Assembly (NCBI GenBank): GCA_048938295.1
Contig: JBHLMI010000012.1
Location: forward strand, 31,303 to 61,422
Direction: 5' to 3'
Source: Promethearchaeota archaeon
GTDB lineage: Archaea > Asgardarchaeota > Hermodarchaeia > Hermodarchaeales > Hermodarchaeaceae
Length of the DNA: 30,120 nt
Below, one piece after another: positions 7,881 to 17,323 of this stretch. Under the pieces are notes generated by a model. The model had not been told where the DNA came from, did no database searches, and saw only the letters and a list, made by a program, of their open reading frames with translations. The number at the start of each line of letters is the position of its first letter. Positions within the stretch are counted from its first letter, which is position 1. The translations under genes and the position numbers were made by a program.

Positions 7881-8770
7881 CGTTCGATCAGGTAATTGTA
7901 CTTGGCGCAGGGGCAATAGGGTCAACATATGGTGCTCTACTTTCACAAAAGTATAGAGTTATCCTCGTCGGTAGACCTGCACACATGAAGGCAATACGGG
8001 AAAAGGGATTAACAATGGTTGGTGATGCTGCAGGAACTTACACAATGGAAACCACAACTGAGATAACCGAAATTCCTCCGAAAACGCTTCTATTGGTAAC
8101 AGTAAAAGCTCATAACTTACACGAAGCCCTCACACCAATTCGAGAATTCATCAAGAAAGACACTACCGTCTTATTCTTACAAAATGGCTTGGGCATCAAA
8201 GAACTTGCCCAGAAGATACTAACTGGCAGGGGTAAAATCGTGTGTGGTGTCGTTGTTTTTGGCGCAGATTTCCTTGGACCAGGATGCATCCGAGCCAATT
8301 TAGGCTTCACATTTTTAGACTCCGATGCCGATTCAATGGAAGTTAGCAGATTCTTTACTGAAGCTGGGCTTGTTGTTGTGAATTCTGAGGATTTCCAAGC
8401 GGATGTGTGGCGAAAAGTAGTGATTAACTGTGTTGTTAACCCCTTAAGTGCAATCTTACAGGCTCCAACGAAAAGCCTTGTATCCCAACAGCTTGCAAGC
8501 ATCAGAAGAGGTATTGTTGAAGAATGTATAGCCGTAGGACAAGCAGAGGGAATACACCTCGACTTAGGTATCCTTGAGATAATGGAATCGAACATGCCGA
8601 GTTTTAAGAACCGAAGTTCGATGTTACAAGATGTGATGTATGGACGCAAAACAGAGATTGACTTTCTCAACGGGAGAATAGTCGAAATAGGAAGACGCCA
8701 TCAGATTCCTACACCCGTTAATGAGACACTAACACAGCTGATACGGTACTTGGAGGCAGAAAGACAATGA
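7877..8770 (+). CDS. panE: 2-dehydropantoate 2-reductase
   Basis: GAGAIG Rossmann motif, VTVKA, LQNGLG, WRKVVINCVVNPLSA, SSMLQDV..GRKTEIDFLNG; ATGA overlap with PPS. Confidence 0.92.
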   Translation: MTFDQVIVLGAGAIGSTYGALLSQKYRVILVGRPAHMKAIREKGLTMVGDAAGTYTMETTTEITEIPPKTLLLVTVKAHNLHEALTPIREFIKKDTTVLFLQNGLGIKELAQKILTGRGKIVCGVVVFGADFLGPGCIRANLGFTFLDSDADSMEVSRFFTEAGLVVVNSEDFQADVWRKVVINCVVNPLSAILQAPTKSLVSQQLASIRRGIVEECIAVGQAEGIHLDLGILEIMESNMPSFKNRSSMLQDVMYGRKTEIDFLNGRIVEIGRRHQIPTPVNETLTQLIRYLEAERQ

Positions 8771-9537
8771 AGCCAAATCAGATTCAGGCATTAAAAGGCA
8801 AACAGAAGATTGTAATGCTTACTGCCTATGATTACCAGATTGCAAGAATTCTCGAAGCTAATAACGTTGACATGATTTTAGTGGGCGATAGTTTAGGAAT
8901 GGTCTTTCAAGGAAATCCGGATACCAAACAGGTCACTATGGAAGCGATGCTCTATCATACTCAGGCGGTTGCTAGGGGTGCCAAAACTACGTTAATCACT
9001 GCTGATATGCCGATCCATAGTTATGATACGCCGGAAGAGGCGTTATCTAACGCCAAGCGCTTGTTCCAAGTGGGAGCCCATGCGGTGAAAATTGAAGGCA
9101 ACCAACCTGAAGTGATTAAATTACTTCAACAGCATAACATCCCAATCATGGGGCATGTGGGCCTGCTACCTCAAACAGCTGAAAAATTTCAGGTTAAGGG
9201 AAAAATCCCCGAACAGGCAGATCAAATCTGGCGTGATGCGTTAGAATTGGATAGACTTGGCGTTTTCTCAATGGTCTTAGAGTGTGTGCCGGAGTGGTTG
9301 GCTAGGAAAATTACTCATGATGTGAAAACTCCAACCATCGGTATCGGTGCAGGGAAATACTGTGATGGCCAGGTTCTGGTAATCACCGAGCTCTTGGGGA
9401 TGGTTAGTAACGACCATCTACCAAAATTCGTCAAGCAGTATGCGAACCTAGACAAGGTCATTGGTGAGGCTGTAACAGAATTCGTTCAAGAGGTTAGAAC
9501 CAGTAAATACCCCGATAATGAACACACATACCATTAA
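8767..9537 (+). CDS. panB: 3-methyl-2-oxobutanoate hydroxymethyltransferase
   Basis: MLTAYD, ILVGDSLGM, ADMP, AVKIEG, GHVGLLPQ, LECVP, IGIGAG, DGQVLV. Confidence 0.96.
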   Translation: MKPNQIQALKGKQKIVMLTAYDYQIARILEANNVDMILVGDSLGMVFQGNPDTKQVTMEAMLYHTQAVARGAKTTLITADMPIHSYDTPEEALSNAKRLFQVGAHAVKIEGNQPEVIKLLQQHNIPIMGHVGLLPQTAEKFQVKGKIPEQADQIWRDALELDRLGVFSMVLECVPEWLARKITHDVKTPTIGIGAGKYCDGQVLVITELLGMVSNDHLPKFVKQYANLDKVIGEAVTEFVQEVRTSKYPDNEHTYH

Positions 9538-9575
9538 GTGCTGTGAAAGCTAAAAGAAAGCAGGAGTCGATTGAG

Positions 9576-10835
9576 ATGCCGATGGATACCCACCCTTCAA
9601 AAGACATTGTGGAGTCGCTAGGGATTGAGCTGCGAGGAAAATTAATCGTACTCTGTGTTACAGGCAGTGTCGCCGCTATTCAGAGCCCTGAAATCGCCCG
9701 GTTATTAATGCGCCATGGTGGCGAAGTTGTGACGGTTTTTTCAGAGGCAGCACATGAGATTATCCACCCGTATTTACTGGAATGGGCAACCGGGAACCCA
9801 GTCATCACGAAGCTGACGGGAAAAATCGAGCACGTAGCTCTAGCCGGAGAACACGCAGGAAAAGCAGATCTAATCTTGGTGGCACCAGCAACTGCTAATA
9901 CCATTTCCAAAATTGCAATGGGTATCGATGATACACCGGTAACGTCGACGGTGACCACTGCATTTGGTTCTGGAATACCCATTATCATCGTTCCAGCTAT
10001 GCATGTCTCTATGTACAAACACCCTATAGTTCGAGAGAATATTCAGAAACTCGAAAAACTTGGTGTAGAGTTCATAGGACCACGAATGGAGGAAGGAAAA
10101 GCAAAAATTGCTACTCCTAATGAAGTATTGAATTCGGTCCTAACAAAGTTAGCGACACTTTCTGACTTGGCGGGAAAACACATCCTTGTTACAGCAGGAC
10201 CTACTCTCGAATATATTGATCCTGTCCGGATAGTGACCAGTAAAAGTTCGGGGAGAATGGGAGTTGAACTAGCTAAGGCAGCTTACGAAAGAGGCGCTGA
10301 TGTGACAGTAGTGTATGGTCACGGGAAAATGCCTCCTCCCGAAAAAGTCAAACTAATCCAAGTTGAAACCACGCAAGAGATGTATGATGCGGTCACTAGC
10401 GAGTTGAAAAAATCAAATTATGACATTCTAATCGCAGCCGCAGCTGTAGCGGATTGGACTCCGCAAACTCGCCAAAAAGAGAAGGTGCCAACCGCGGACA
10501 CAAAGATGTTGTCAGTCACATTTCAACCAACTCCGAAAATCGTTGACGCAGTTAAGAACCTGCAAGAATCAATTTTCCTTGTGCTTTTCAAAGCTGAACA
10601 TAATGTCTCGGACGACGAATTGATAACAAGGGCACACAATCGTTTAATCAGTGCTAAAGCTGATTTGATAGTCGCTAATGATGTGGGTCGCCCTGGAGTG
10701 GGGTTTGGTACAACTACCAACGAATTGTTCGTGATTGATAAGAAGAAGAAAGTGACTCATATCCCCAAGACGACAAAAATTAAAGCAGCACATAAGTTAC
10801 TGGATATCATGTTGAAATTGTTACAGAAAAAGTGA
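9576..10835 (+). CDS. coaBC: Bifunctional phosphopantothenoylcysteine decarboxylase/synthetase
   Basis: VTGSVAA, APATANTISK, PAMHVSMY, TAGPTLEYIDPVR..SSGRMG, AAAVADW, FKAE, ANDVG. ATG 9576 follows AGGAG; the ORF track start is 9543. Confidence 0.96.
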   Translation: MPMDTHPSKDIVESLGIELRGKLIVLCVTGSVAAIQSPEIARLLMRHGGEVVTVFSEAAHEIIHPYLLEWATGNPVITKLTGKIEHVALAGEHAGKADLILVAPATANTISKIAMGIDDTPVTSTVTTAFGSGIPIIIVPAMHVSMYKHPIVRENIQKLEKLGVEFIGPRMEEGKAKIATPNEVLNSVLTKLATLSDLAGKHILVTAGPTLEYIDPVRIVTSKSSGRMGVELAKAAYERGADVTVVYGHGKMPPPEKVKLIQVETTQEMYDAVTSELKKSNYDILIAAAAVADWTPQTRQKEKVPTADTKMLSVTFQPTPKIVDAVKNLQESIFLVLFKAEHNVSDDELITRAHNRLISAKADLIVANDVGRPGVGFGTTTNELFVIDKKKKVTHIPKTTKIKAAHKLLDIMLKLLQKK

Positions 10836-10847
10836 TACTGAAACCGT

Positions 10848-11864
10848 TTACCGTGATTTTTGGAGAGCCTTCCAAAGGGCATCTTCTGTAGGTTGTTTCA
10901 ACTTCTTTATCGACCCATCAAAGTCGATTATTGTTCGTTGAGACTGGTTGTCAACAAAGCGTCCAATGATTGTGGCAGTGATATTCTCCCTTCTAAGAGC
11001 TTCGAGAAGTTGAGGGGCCTGCTTCTCTTCGACAGCCATTAGCATGGCTCCGCTAGCGATTAGGTCAAGGGGGTTGATGTCAAAAACCTGACAGATTTGC
11101 TGAGTTTCTTGCTGGATGAATATTTTGCTTCGATCTACAATGAAACCTAAGCCAGAGGCATCAGCTAACTCGTGAAGACCGTTCGATACTCCACCCTCTG
11201 TTGGATCATGCATTGCTCTAACGGCACCTGTAGACATTGCAATGAGGGCCTCAGGAACAACACTAATTTTGTTAATGAATTCCTGCGCGCGATCTACTAG
11301 GGAGGCACCCAGTTTTTGCTGTAAAAATGTTGCTCGTTCGGTGGCTAAAATCGCTGTTCCTTCAATAGCTACACCCTTTGTTAGGACAATGGCGTTTCCC
11401 GGCTGTGCCTGGGTTGATGTGACATATTGATCCTGTTCTGCCAGTCCCATCATGAAGCCGATTATTATTACTCGTTTTAGTTCAGGTGTTACTTCGGTAT
11501 GCCCACCAATGATACTGATGTTCAATTCCTTCGCAGCTGAATGCATGGATGCCATGATGTGTTCCAATTGATTAACTTCGGAATCTTCCGGCAGCAGAAT
11601 CGTAGTGAGGAACCATCGGGGTCGGATACCGAATGTTGCTACATCATTTGCGCAAACGTGAACAACGTAAGCACCAATGTTTTGAGTGGCTCCGGTGATA
11701 GGATCTGTACTCGCCGCAACCACTTGCTGACCTACGCGGATTAGAGCTGCATCTCGACCTATTCCTGGGCCATGCAAGATGCTGGCGTCTTCTACTCCAA
11801 GAAAGGGGAACACATGTTTTTCTAAAATATCTGGTGGGACCTTTCCCAATGGTAGCGTTGGCAT
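10848..11864 (-). CDS. AIR synthase (PurM/HypE/ThiL-like) family protein, function unknown
   Basis: GKVPP..L, GPGIGRDAA, STDPITGA, ANDVATFG, IIGGHTEVT, MHDPTEGGV..GLHELA, SGAML. Confidence 0.85.
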   Translation of the reverse strand: MPTLPLGKVPPDILEKHVFPFLGVEDASILHGPGIGRDAALIRVGQQVVAASTDPITGATQNIGAYVVHVCANDVATFGIRPRWFLTTILLPEDSEVNQLEHIMASMHSAAKELNISIIGGHTEVTPELKRVIIIGFMMGLAEQDQYVTSTQAQPGNAIVLTKGVAIEGTAILATERATFLQQKLGASLVDRAQEFINKISVVPEALIAMSTGAVRAMHDPTEGGVSNGLHELADASGLGFIVDRSKIFIQQETQQICQVFDINPLDLIASGAMLMAVEEKQAPQLLEALRRENITATIIGRFVDNQSQRTIIDFDGSIKKLKQPTEDALWKALQKSR

Positions 11865-12031
11865 CTAGTAGACACCTCTTACGGATTCTGCAGGAAAATT
11901 GGCTTAAATGTGTGTTTATCGCTATATAGAAAGCTTAGGAAGAAATGCACGCAATCTTTTAAGGCGCCAGTCTAGCAAATGAAATAACAGGGCACATCCT
12001 ATCGAGGGAAATCCTCTTCTGTTGATTTGAT

Positions 12032-12676
12032 ATGAGCCGTAGACGTGGAATTTGGATCTATGGGTGTCCTTTTGTTGTGATGGTAGCTGGTATTGCATTC
12101 TGGGTAGTAAATCCGGTTATTGCCGTCATGATAATGATCATAGCCGGCCTTACATTAGCAATTGTCTATGTTTACCGATCAGATAGTGATGAGACACCTC
12201 AAACCCTGGCTAGGGAACCAGACCTCGCACCAGATTTTCTTAGCGATGTCTTCATCGACGCAGATGATAAGTCTTCTATATCGGAAGTTACCCCATTCTT
12301 ATTTCACCCCCTTGATGAAACAGTAGCGACGGAGCCAACTGCTATTCTCCAGCAGCGAATTGAGGAATTGGAAAAGCGCGCTAAAGCACTTAGAGAAGAG
12401 CTTGCGAGAGATCCCACCTCTATTTCTGCGCCTAAAATTTCGCCTTCTAAAAGCCTTGAAAGAAATGGCGAAAATGATGAAGATGAGCTCTCAGAAAAAG
12501 CCATAGAGCAATTATTAGAAGTACTTGATGAGAAGCTTGCGAAACGCGCAATCTCAGAGCAATTATATACGCGGTTACACGACAAGTATATAGCGAGGAT
12601 AAAGAAAACAAAAATGAAACGTGAAGCTTCTTCGAAGAAGCGGGGAACCAAAGACTTTAGCACAGGTGACAAATAG
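12032..12676 (+). CDS. Membrane-anchored coiled-coil protein with SHOCT-like C-terminal helical hairpin (A)
   Basis: Two N-terminal hydrophobic helices, coiled coil QQRIEELEKRAKALREEL, and LLEVLDEKLAKRAISEQLYTRLHDKY. Confidence 0.75.
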   Translation: MSRRRGIWIYGCPFVVMVAGIAFWVVNPVIAVMIMIIAGLTLAIVYVYRSDSDETPQTLAREPDLAPDFLSDVFIDADDKSSISEVTPFLFHPLDETVATEPTAILQQRIEELEKRAKALREELARDPTSISAPKISPSKSLERNGENDEDELSEKAIEQLLEVLDEKLAKRAISEQLYTRLHDKYIARIKKTKMKREASSKKRGTKDFSTGDK

Positions 12677-12679
12677 GTC

Positions 12680-13474
12680 ATGCCCAGTAAGCGAACGTCC
12701 GCGATAATCGGCATTTGGGTTATTGTGGCGGTCCTTGTAATCGTTGATGCTCTTCTATTTTCAGGGCTCCTACTTGACAGTCTTTTCCCCGGATTAAACG
12801 GCATCACAAACGTTTTGATTTTTGCCTTGATTCCCTTCGCTATAGCAAGTGCTTTACTCGATCGTCGTACAGTACCTGAGCTGACAAACGGACCTTCCCG
12901 TCGACTACCTCAAGGCGCCCGATCAGTTTCTGGACAACCAATGGAAAGTGCACACCCTAAACCCCGAATTAAACGAGACAAGCGTGCAGAACAGCTCGAA
13001 ACGATAATTGTTGAGCCTGGAGCGAATGCAACTATTTTGTCAAATGCATCTAATTCTGCATCACCACCTCCGATTCAAAGCGAAACTTCTAGCTCACGCT
13101 ACCTTAGATCTCGCCGCACATCTCCTGAAGAAACAGCCGAAATGGACAAACAGGTTAAGGAACAACTTGATGCAATAGAGCTTGAGATGGCCAAGTTAGA
13201 AGAACAACTTGAACAAAACGGTATTGCAGCTCCAGCATCTAATATCAATTCTGCCTTTAACTCGGAAAATGCTGTACAAACCACTAATACAGTGACCTCT
13301 CCCACTAATACAAGAGATGACTCGGTTTCTAGTGAGGAGGCAACATCTGAACTACAGGCAATCGATGAACTCCTTGCTCGATTGGAACAACGTAAACGTG
13401 CAGGAGGCGTTGAAGAAGAAACCTATCAACGTCTTCGTGAAAAATATCTCAAACGCCGTTCCGAACTCGCCTGA
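12680..13474 (+). CDS. Membrane-anchored coiled-coil protein with SHOCT-like C-terminal helical hairpin (B)
   Basis: Two N-terminal hydrophobic helices, S/P/T-rich linkers, coiled coil KEQLDAIELEMAKLEEQL, and LLARLEQRKRAGGVEEETYQRLREKY; 3 nt after gene A. Confidence 0.75.
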   Translation: MPSKRTSAIIGIWVIVAVLVIVDALLFSGLLLDSLFPGLNGITNVLIFALIPFAIASALLDRRTVPELTNGPSRRLPQGARSVSGQPMESAHPKPRIKRDKRAEQLETIIVEPGANATILSNASNSASPPPIQSETSSSRYLRSRRTSPEETAEMDKQVKEQLDAIELEMAKLEEQLEQNGIAAPASNINSAFNSENAVQTTNTVTSPTNTRDDSVSSEEATSELQAIDELLARLEQRKRAGGVEEETYQRLREKYLKRRSELA

Positions 13475-13478
13475 ATAC

Positions 13479-13509
13479 GCCCATCACGTCTGGGTAGTTT
13501 TTCTTTTTT
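13479..13509 (+). terminator. Putative terminator (short hairpin plus T tract) between convergent genes
   Basis: GCCCA-N7-TGGGT followed by TTTTTCTTTTTT immediately after the stop at 13474. Confidence 0.4.
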
Positions 13510-13536
13510 CATTATGCCTTTACATTATTTGGCGAT

Positions 13537-14316
13537 TCAAAACTCCAGGCGACGAAGCTTGAGCGTCGGTAAACTCTTACGGACGCTATCAATCTCTTCG
13601 AGGTTTATAGTTGTCTCAATCAATTGAGGTTCTTTATCACCTTGAGCTAAGGTTTTCCCTGCTGGATTGATGATTGCACTTCTTCCTCCATAAAGGTGCT
13701 TACCATCACTTCCAACACGATTACATCCAACAACAAATAGCTGGTTCTCAATCGCCCTTGCCCGTAGTAGTGTCGCCCATACAGCTGCCCTCTCAGCAGG
13801 GAACTCAGCTGGACAAAAAATAACCTGCGCTCCGTTGAGAGCTAACTGTCTTGTGATTTCGGGAAAACGCAAATCAAAACAGATAATGACGCCGAACAGG
13901 CCAAGCTCGGTTTTAAATATGGAAGTGTCTGATCCCGCGGAGAGGTACTGATGTTCTTGGAATGGAGGAAATAAATGTACTTTATCATAGAAACCTAGTA
14001 GCTTGCCGTCTTTTCCAATCAGATGGCATGTATTAAAGAGCTGTTGGCCTCGTTCTTCTAAAATGCTGCCTGCAATAATGAAAATACGAAACCGACCAGC
14101 TAAATCCCGGAGTAATTGGAGTGAATGGCCATTTGGAGGTTCGGCAAGACTATTCGCTTTGTCTAGGCAATATCCTGTTGTGAATAGTTCGGGCAACAGA
14201 ATCAGGTCAACTTTATGCGTTGCGGCTTCCTTTATCATAGATACCGCAGTTTCAAGGTTTGTCTCTTTGTTTCCAAGGGCAATATCCATCTGTGCACAGG
14301 CAACCCGGAACTCCAT
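13537..14316 (-). CDS. Carbon-nitrogen hydrolase (nitrilase superfamily, Nit/omega-amidase-like)
   Basis: Catalytic triad motifs LPELFTTGY, YDKVHLF and IICFDLRFPE; RARAIENQ, GCNRVG. Confidence 0.92.
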   Translation of the reverse strand: MEFRVACAQMDIALGNKETNLETAVSMIKEAATHKVDLILLPELFTTGYCLDKANSLAEPPNGHSLQLLRDLAGRFRIFIIAGSILEERGQQLFNTCHLIGKDGKLLGFYDKVHLFPPFQEHQYLSAGSDTSIFKTELGLFGVIICFDLRFPEITRQLALNGAQVIFCPAEFPAERAAVWATLLRARAIENQLFVVGCNRVGSDGKHLYGGRSAIINPAGKTLAQGDKEPQLIETTINLEEIDSVRKSLPTLKLRRLEF

Positions 14317-14415
14317 AATAACCTAGTCCTTTAACCTGCCTCCTCAAAAATTCTAGTAAAAACATTTCGCCAAAGCAAAGGTTTTATCTTTGAGAGGTTT
14401 TTATCACGCACGTTG

Positions 14416-14778
14416 ATGACCGTGACCGACATTGAACTCAAACCTTCTACTCTAATGAAGCTTAAGGATTTACATAACCTTGTCCGATTGGTCCATTGGT
14501 GGGCTGCCCGTGAACGTACCGCGACAATCCTGTATTTCAAAAAGGGAGACAAATATATCATGGGCACAATGACATCGATACCTGGATGGTACGAGCTTCA
14601 AGGAATGCCCCTCTTTCTCTATGTAGAAACGACCGAGAAACCGAAAGGCGTCTTTATCAAGTACAAAGCCGATCCTGAAGAACAATGGAGTTATGCTAGT
14701 GGCACGTTTGATCGATCGTGGATGTATATCCCGCTCATCGAACTATCTGTTGCTCCAGAATTTCTTAAGAACTTCTAG
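14416..14778 (+). CDS. Conserved-looking archaeal hypothetical protein
   Basis: Compact 120-aa ORF filling the gap. The pattern LxNLVRL...WYELQGMPLFLYV...YIPLIEL...PEF resembles an uncharacterised crenarchaeal-type small protein (from memory, not verified). Confidence 0.7.
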   Translation: MTVTDIELKPSTLMKLKDLHNLVRLVHWWAARERTATILYFKKGDKYIMGTMTSIPGWYELQGMPLFLYVETTEKPKGVFIKYKADPEEQWSYASGTFDRSWMYIPLIELSVAPEFLKNF

Positions 14779-14779
14779 T

Positions 14780-15976
14780 CTAGATTAGTTCGTCTTCATC
14801 TTCGTCGGCTAGCGAATCAGCGTCTTCGAGCACTTGCTTTTCTAGTGAATCTGTTTCTTCGGTGATTAGCTGATCACCTTCTATTAATTCGTCAGGAGCA
14901 GCGAAGAAGCTTATTGTAAAAGCTATGATAAAGATGAGGCTGGACCCAACCATAAGCAGAGGTCGGAGAAAGGTTGCAGATACGCTAAAGAAGCCATTGA
15001 GCACTTCGACTATGAGGAAAGACGCAGTAAAGAGGATACCAATGATGGATAGTTTGAGACCTCCACCAATGCCTACGACGAATTTCACAAGATAAACAAT
15101 TGCGATGAGCCCGAGACAAAGATAGTTGACATAGCTGATATTACCTAAAGTTCCAGCAAAGCCTATGAAGTCAGGAAAAGCGAGATTAAAAGTAGCACCT
15201 GAACTCAACGAAAGGGAGAAGAAGGGAATGAAGGGATTCAGCACCACCCAGAAGATAATGAAGAAGGCGAATTCACCAAAGCGAATGAACCACAATCGCT
15301 GGCTTGTGTTATGACGAATCCTACCAGCTTCATCCAAGGTCCCATAAGAGAGGTGAAAAAGCGATCCAATCGCTAAAGCGTTGACAATACATAGCGAAGT
15401 AAAGTACATAGGGTCGAAAAGAACCCACCAGGCCGTGAAGATAATTCCTGAAATCGCGATGAAATATTGGAACCAGATTATCGTCAAGTAGACGGGAACT
15501 ATGGCTAAGAGAATGAATACAATGAGGGTATAGCCCATTCGTGCACTTTGACTTTTTTGCCAGATGTTATCTGAGCGGTGGACGATACGATAAGCCAAAA
15601 TTAGAGCAGCGAAGATGGCGAGAGGCGGGGAGAAGAAAGGAAAGATGAAGAAGGTGAGAATGATGAGGGTGTTAAAGCTATAGAGCATTCGCCATCTAAG
15701 GGGAATGAGATTGCCTTTGGCGTTCATGATATCTGAGGCATTAAGGGTGCGTTCTCGGAAGATAAAGACGAAGAGAATCCAGGGAAACGCGAAAACAACA
15801 GGGAGGATGAAGTATCGAAAAACACTTGATGCGGGAAATGCCATCAATCCCGGTATCATTGGAGCAAAGTACGAAAGGACAAAAATGAGGACAATGAAGT
15901 AAGCAATCATTCCTATTGCGACTAATAAAGGAAGCAGTATACTAGATCGTTTGAGATAGTAGGAGAAGACGGACAT
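14780..15976 (-). CDS. Polytopic membrane protein with acidic C-terminal tail
   Basis: About 10 hydrophobic segments; tail DELIEGDQLITEETDSLEKQVLEDADSLADEDEDELI. Confidence 0.8.
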   Translation of the reverse strand: MSVFSYYLKRSSILLPLLVAIGMIAYFIVLIFVLSYFAPMIPGLMAFPASSVFRYFILPVVFAFPWILFVFIFRERTLNASDIMNAKGNLIPLRWRMLYSFNTLIILTFFIFPFFSPPLAIFAALILAYRIVHRSDNIWQKSQSARMGYTLIVFILLAIVPVYLTIIWFQYFIAISGIIFTAWWVLFDPMYFTSLCIVNALAIGSLFHLSYGTLDEAGRIRHNTSQRLWFIRFGEFAFFIIFWVVLNPFIPFFSLSLSSGATFNLAFPDFIGFAGTLGNISYVNYLCLGLIAIVYLVKFVVGIGGGLKLSIIGILFTASFLIVEVLNGFFSVSATFLRPLLMVGSSLIFIIAFTISFFAAPDELIEGDQLITEETDSLEKQVLEDADSLADEDEDELI

Positions 15977-16128
15977 GGCTGCTCGCTAGGGCTTTAGAGA
16001 ATTCACCGTTTTTAATTTGCTGCCTGCCAGTTGCATCATTGGCAAAATAGTAGAAATGCTTAAATTATGTTCACGGCTAAGACGCCTATATACTTTACAA
16101 TCATAAACTATCTTGGTCGGTGAGAACT

Positions 16129-17211
16129 ATGGGACAAATTAGAGTTGCTATCGCTGGACTCGGAAATTGCGCGTCAGCTCTTGTTCAGGGCATCCATTAT
16201 TACAAGGATGTCACAGGAAAAGAGGAGCGCGTACCAGGGCTCATGCATCCCATCTTCGGAGATTATCTGCTGCGAGATATCAAATTCGTTGCAGCATTCG
16301 AAGTGAATGCCGGAAAGCTTGGAAAAGATATCAGCGAGGCTATCTTTGTCCCCCCTAATTGTGTGATTAAGTTCACTGAAATACCTTCATTGGGAGTCAA
16401 AGTTTTGCCTGCACCTATCATGGATGGTGTTGCAGAGCATATGTTCGGGGCCTTCGATGTCTATGACCCTAAGAAAATAGAACCAGTAGATGTCGCTGAA
16501 GAACTTCGCAGATCTAAGGCAGAAATGCTGATTAATTTCCTTCCCGTCGGCAGTGCTAAGGCATCACGCTATTATGCCCAGGCAGCCTTGGACGCGGGAT
16601 GCGGATTCCTCAACTGTATCCCTGAATTCATTGTCTCTGATCGTGGCTGGCAAGAGAAATTCCACAAAGCCGGTCTCCCCATGGCTGGTGATGACATCAA
16701 AAGCCAAGTGGGAGCCACAATTCTCCATCGAGTCATTGCCCAATTGCTATCTGACCGTGGAATTGAAATTGACGAAACTTACCAACTCAACATCGGGGGC
16801 AACACTGATTTTTTGAATATGACTGCAGAACACCGCCTAACAAGTAAGCGCATTAGCAAAACTGAGGCAGTAACCAGCATTTTGGATTATCCTGTGCCCA
16901 CCCGTATCGGTCCCAGCGACTATGTTCCATTCCTTAATGATACTAAAATCTGTTACATTCATGCCCAGGGAAAAAAATGGGGCGGAATGCCCCTCCATAT
17001 CGCACTAAAACTCTCTGTACAAGACTCACCGAATAGTGCTGGGGTTGTTGCTGATGTTATCCGTGCTACCAAAATCGCTTTGGACCGAGGAATTAGCGGT
17101 CCGCTCCTTAGCATCTCAGCCTATTCATTTAAACACCCTCCAGAACAGATTGAAGATTCTATAGCAAAAAGGTATGTTGAAGAATTCATACAAGGAGAAC
17201 GCGAGCGTTAA
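16129..17211 (+). CDS. ino1: myo-inositol-1-phosphate synthase
   Basis: IAGLGNCASALVQG, NFLPVGS, NCIPEFI, GDDIKSQVGATI, YQLNIGGNTDFLNM, SKRISKT, DSPNSAGV. Confidence 0.96.
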   Translation: MGQIRVAIAGLGNCASALVQGIHYYKDVTGKEERVPGLMHPIFGDYLLRDIKFVAAFEVNAGKLGKDISEAIFVPPNCVIKFTEIPSLGVKVLPAPIMDGVAEHMFGAFDVYDPKKIEPVDVAEELRRSKAEMLINFLPVGSAKASRYYAQAALDAGCGFLNCIPEFIVSDRGWQEKFHKAGLPMAGDDIKSQVGATILHRVIAQLLSDRGIEIDETYQLNIGGNTDFLNMTAEHRLTSKRISKTEAVTSILDYPVPTRIGPSDYVPFLNDTKICYIHAQGKKWGGMPLHIALKLSVQDSPNSAGVVADVIRATKIALDRGISGPLLSISAYSFKHPPEQIEDSIAKRYVEEFIQGERER

Positions 17212-17323
17212 ACGAAGTAATCAAATTGGAATATATCTTATTCTATTACCAAAACCGTCATTCACTTTGAATGCCCTCTCCCCCGTTATATTTCCTGAAA
17301 CCTAATAATCAGTGGCGTCTCTT

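Noticed and set aside
10848-11864. Calling this gene hypE because hypB is in the window
   Set aside because: It is 7 kb from hypB with no hyp context, and the N-terminus GKVPP..L fits the uncharacterised AIR-synthase-like subfamily.
13537-14316. Nitrilase as beta-alanine supplier or pantetheinase for the CoA operon
   Set aside because: The ICFDLRFPE motif fits the Nit/omega-amidase branch, and the gene is separated from the operon by three unrelated genes.
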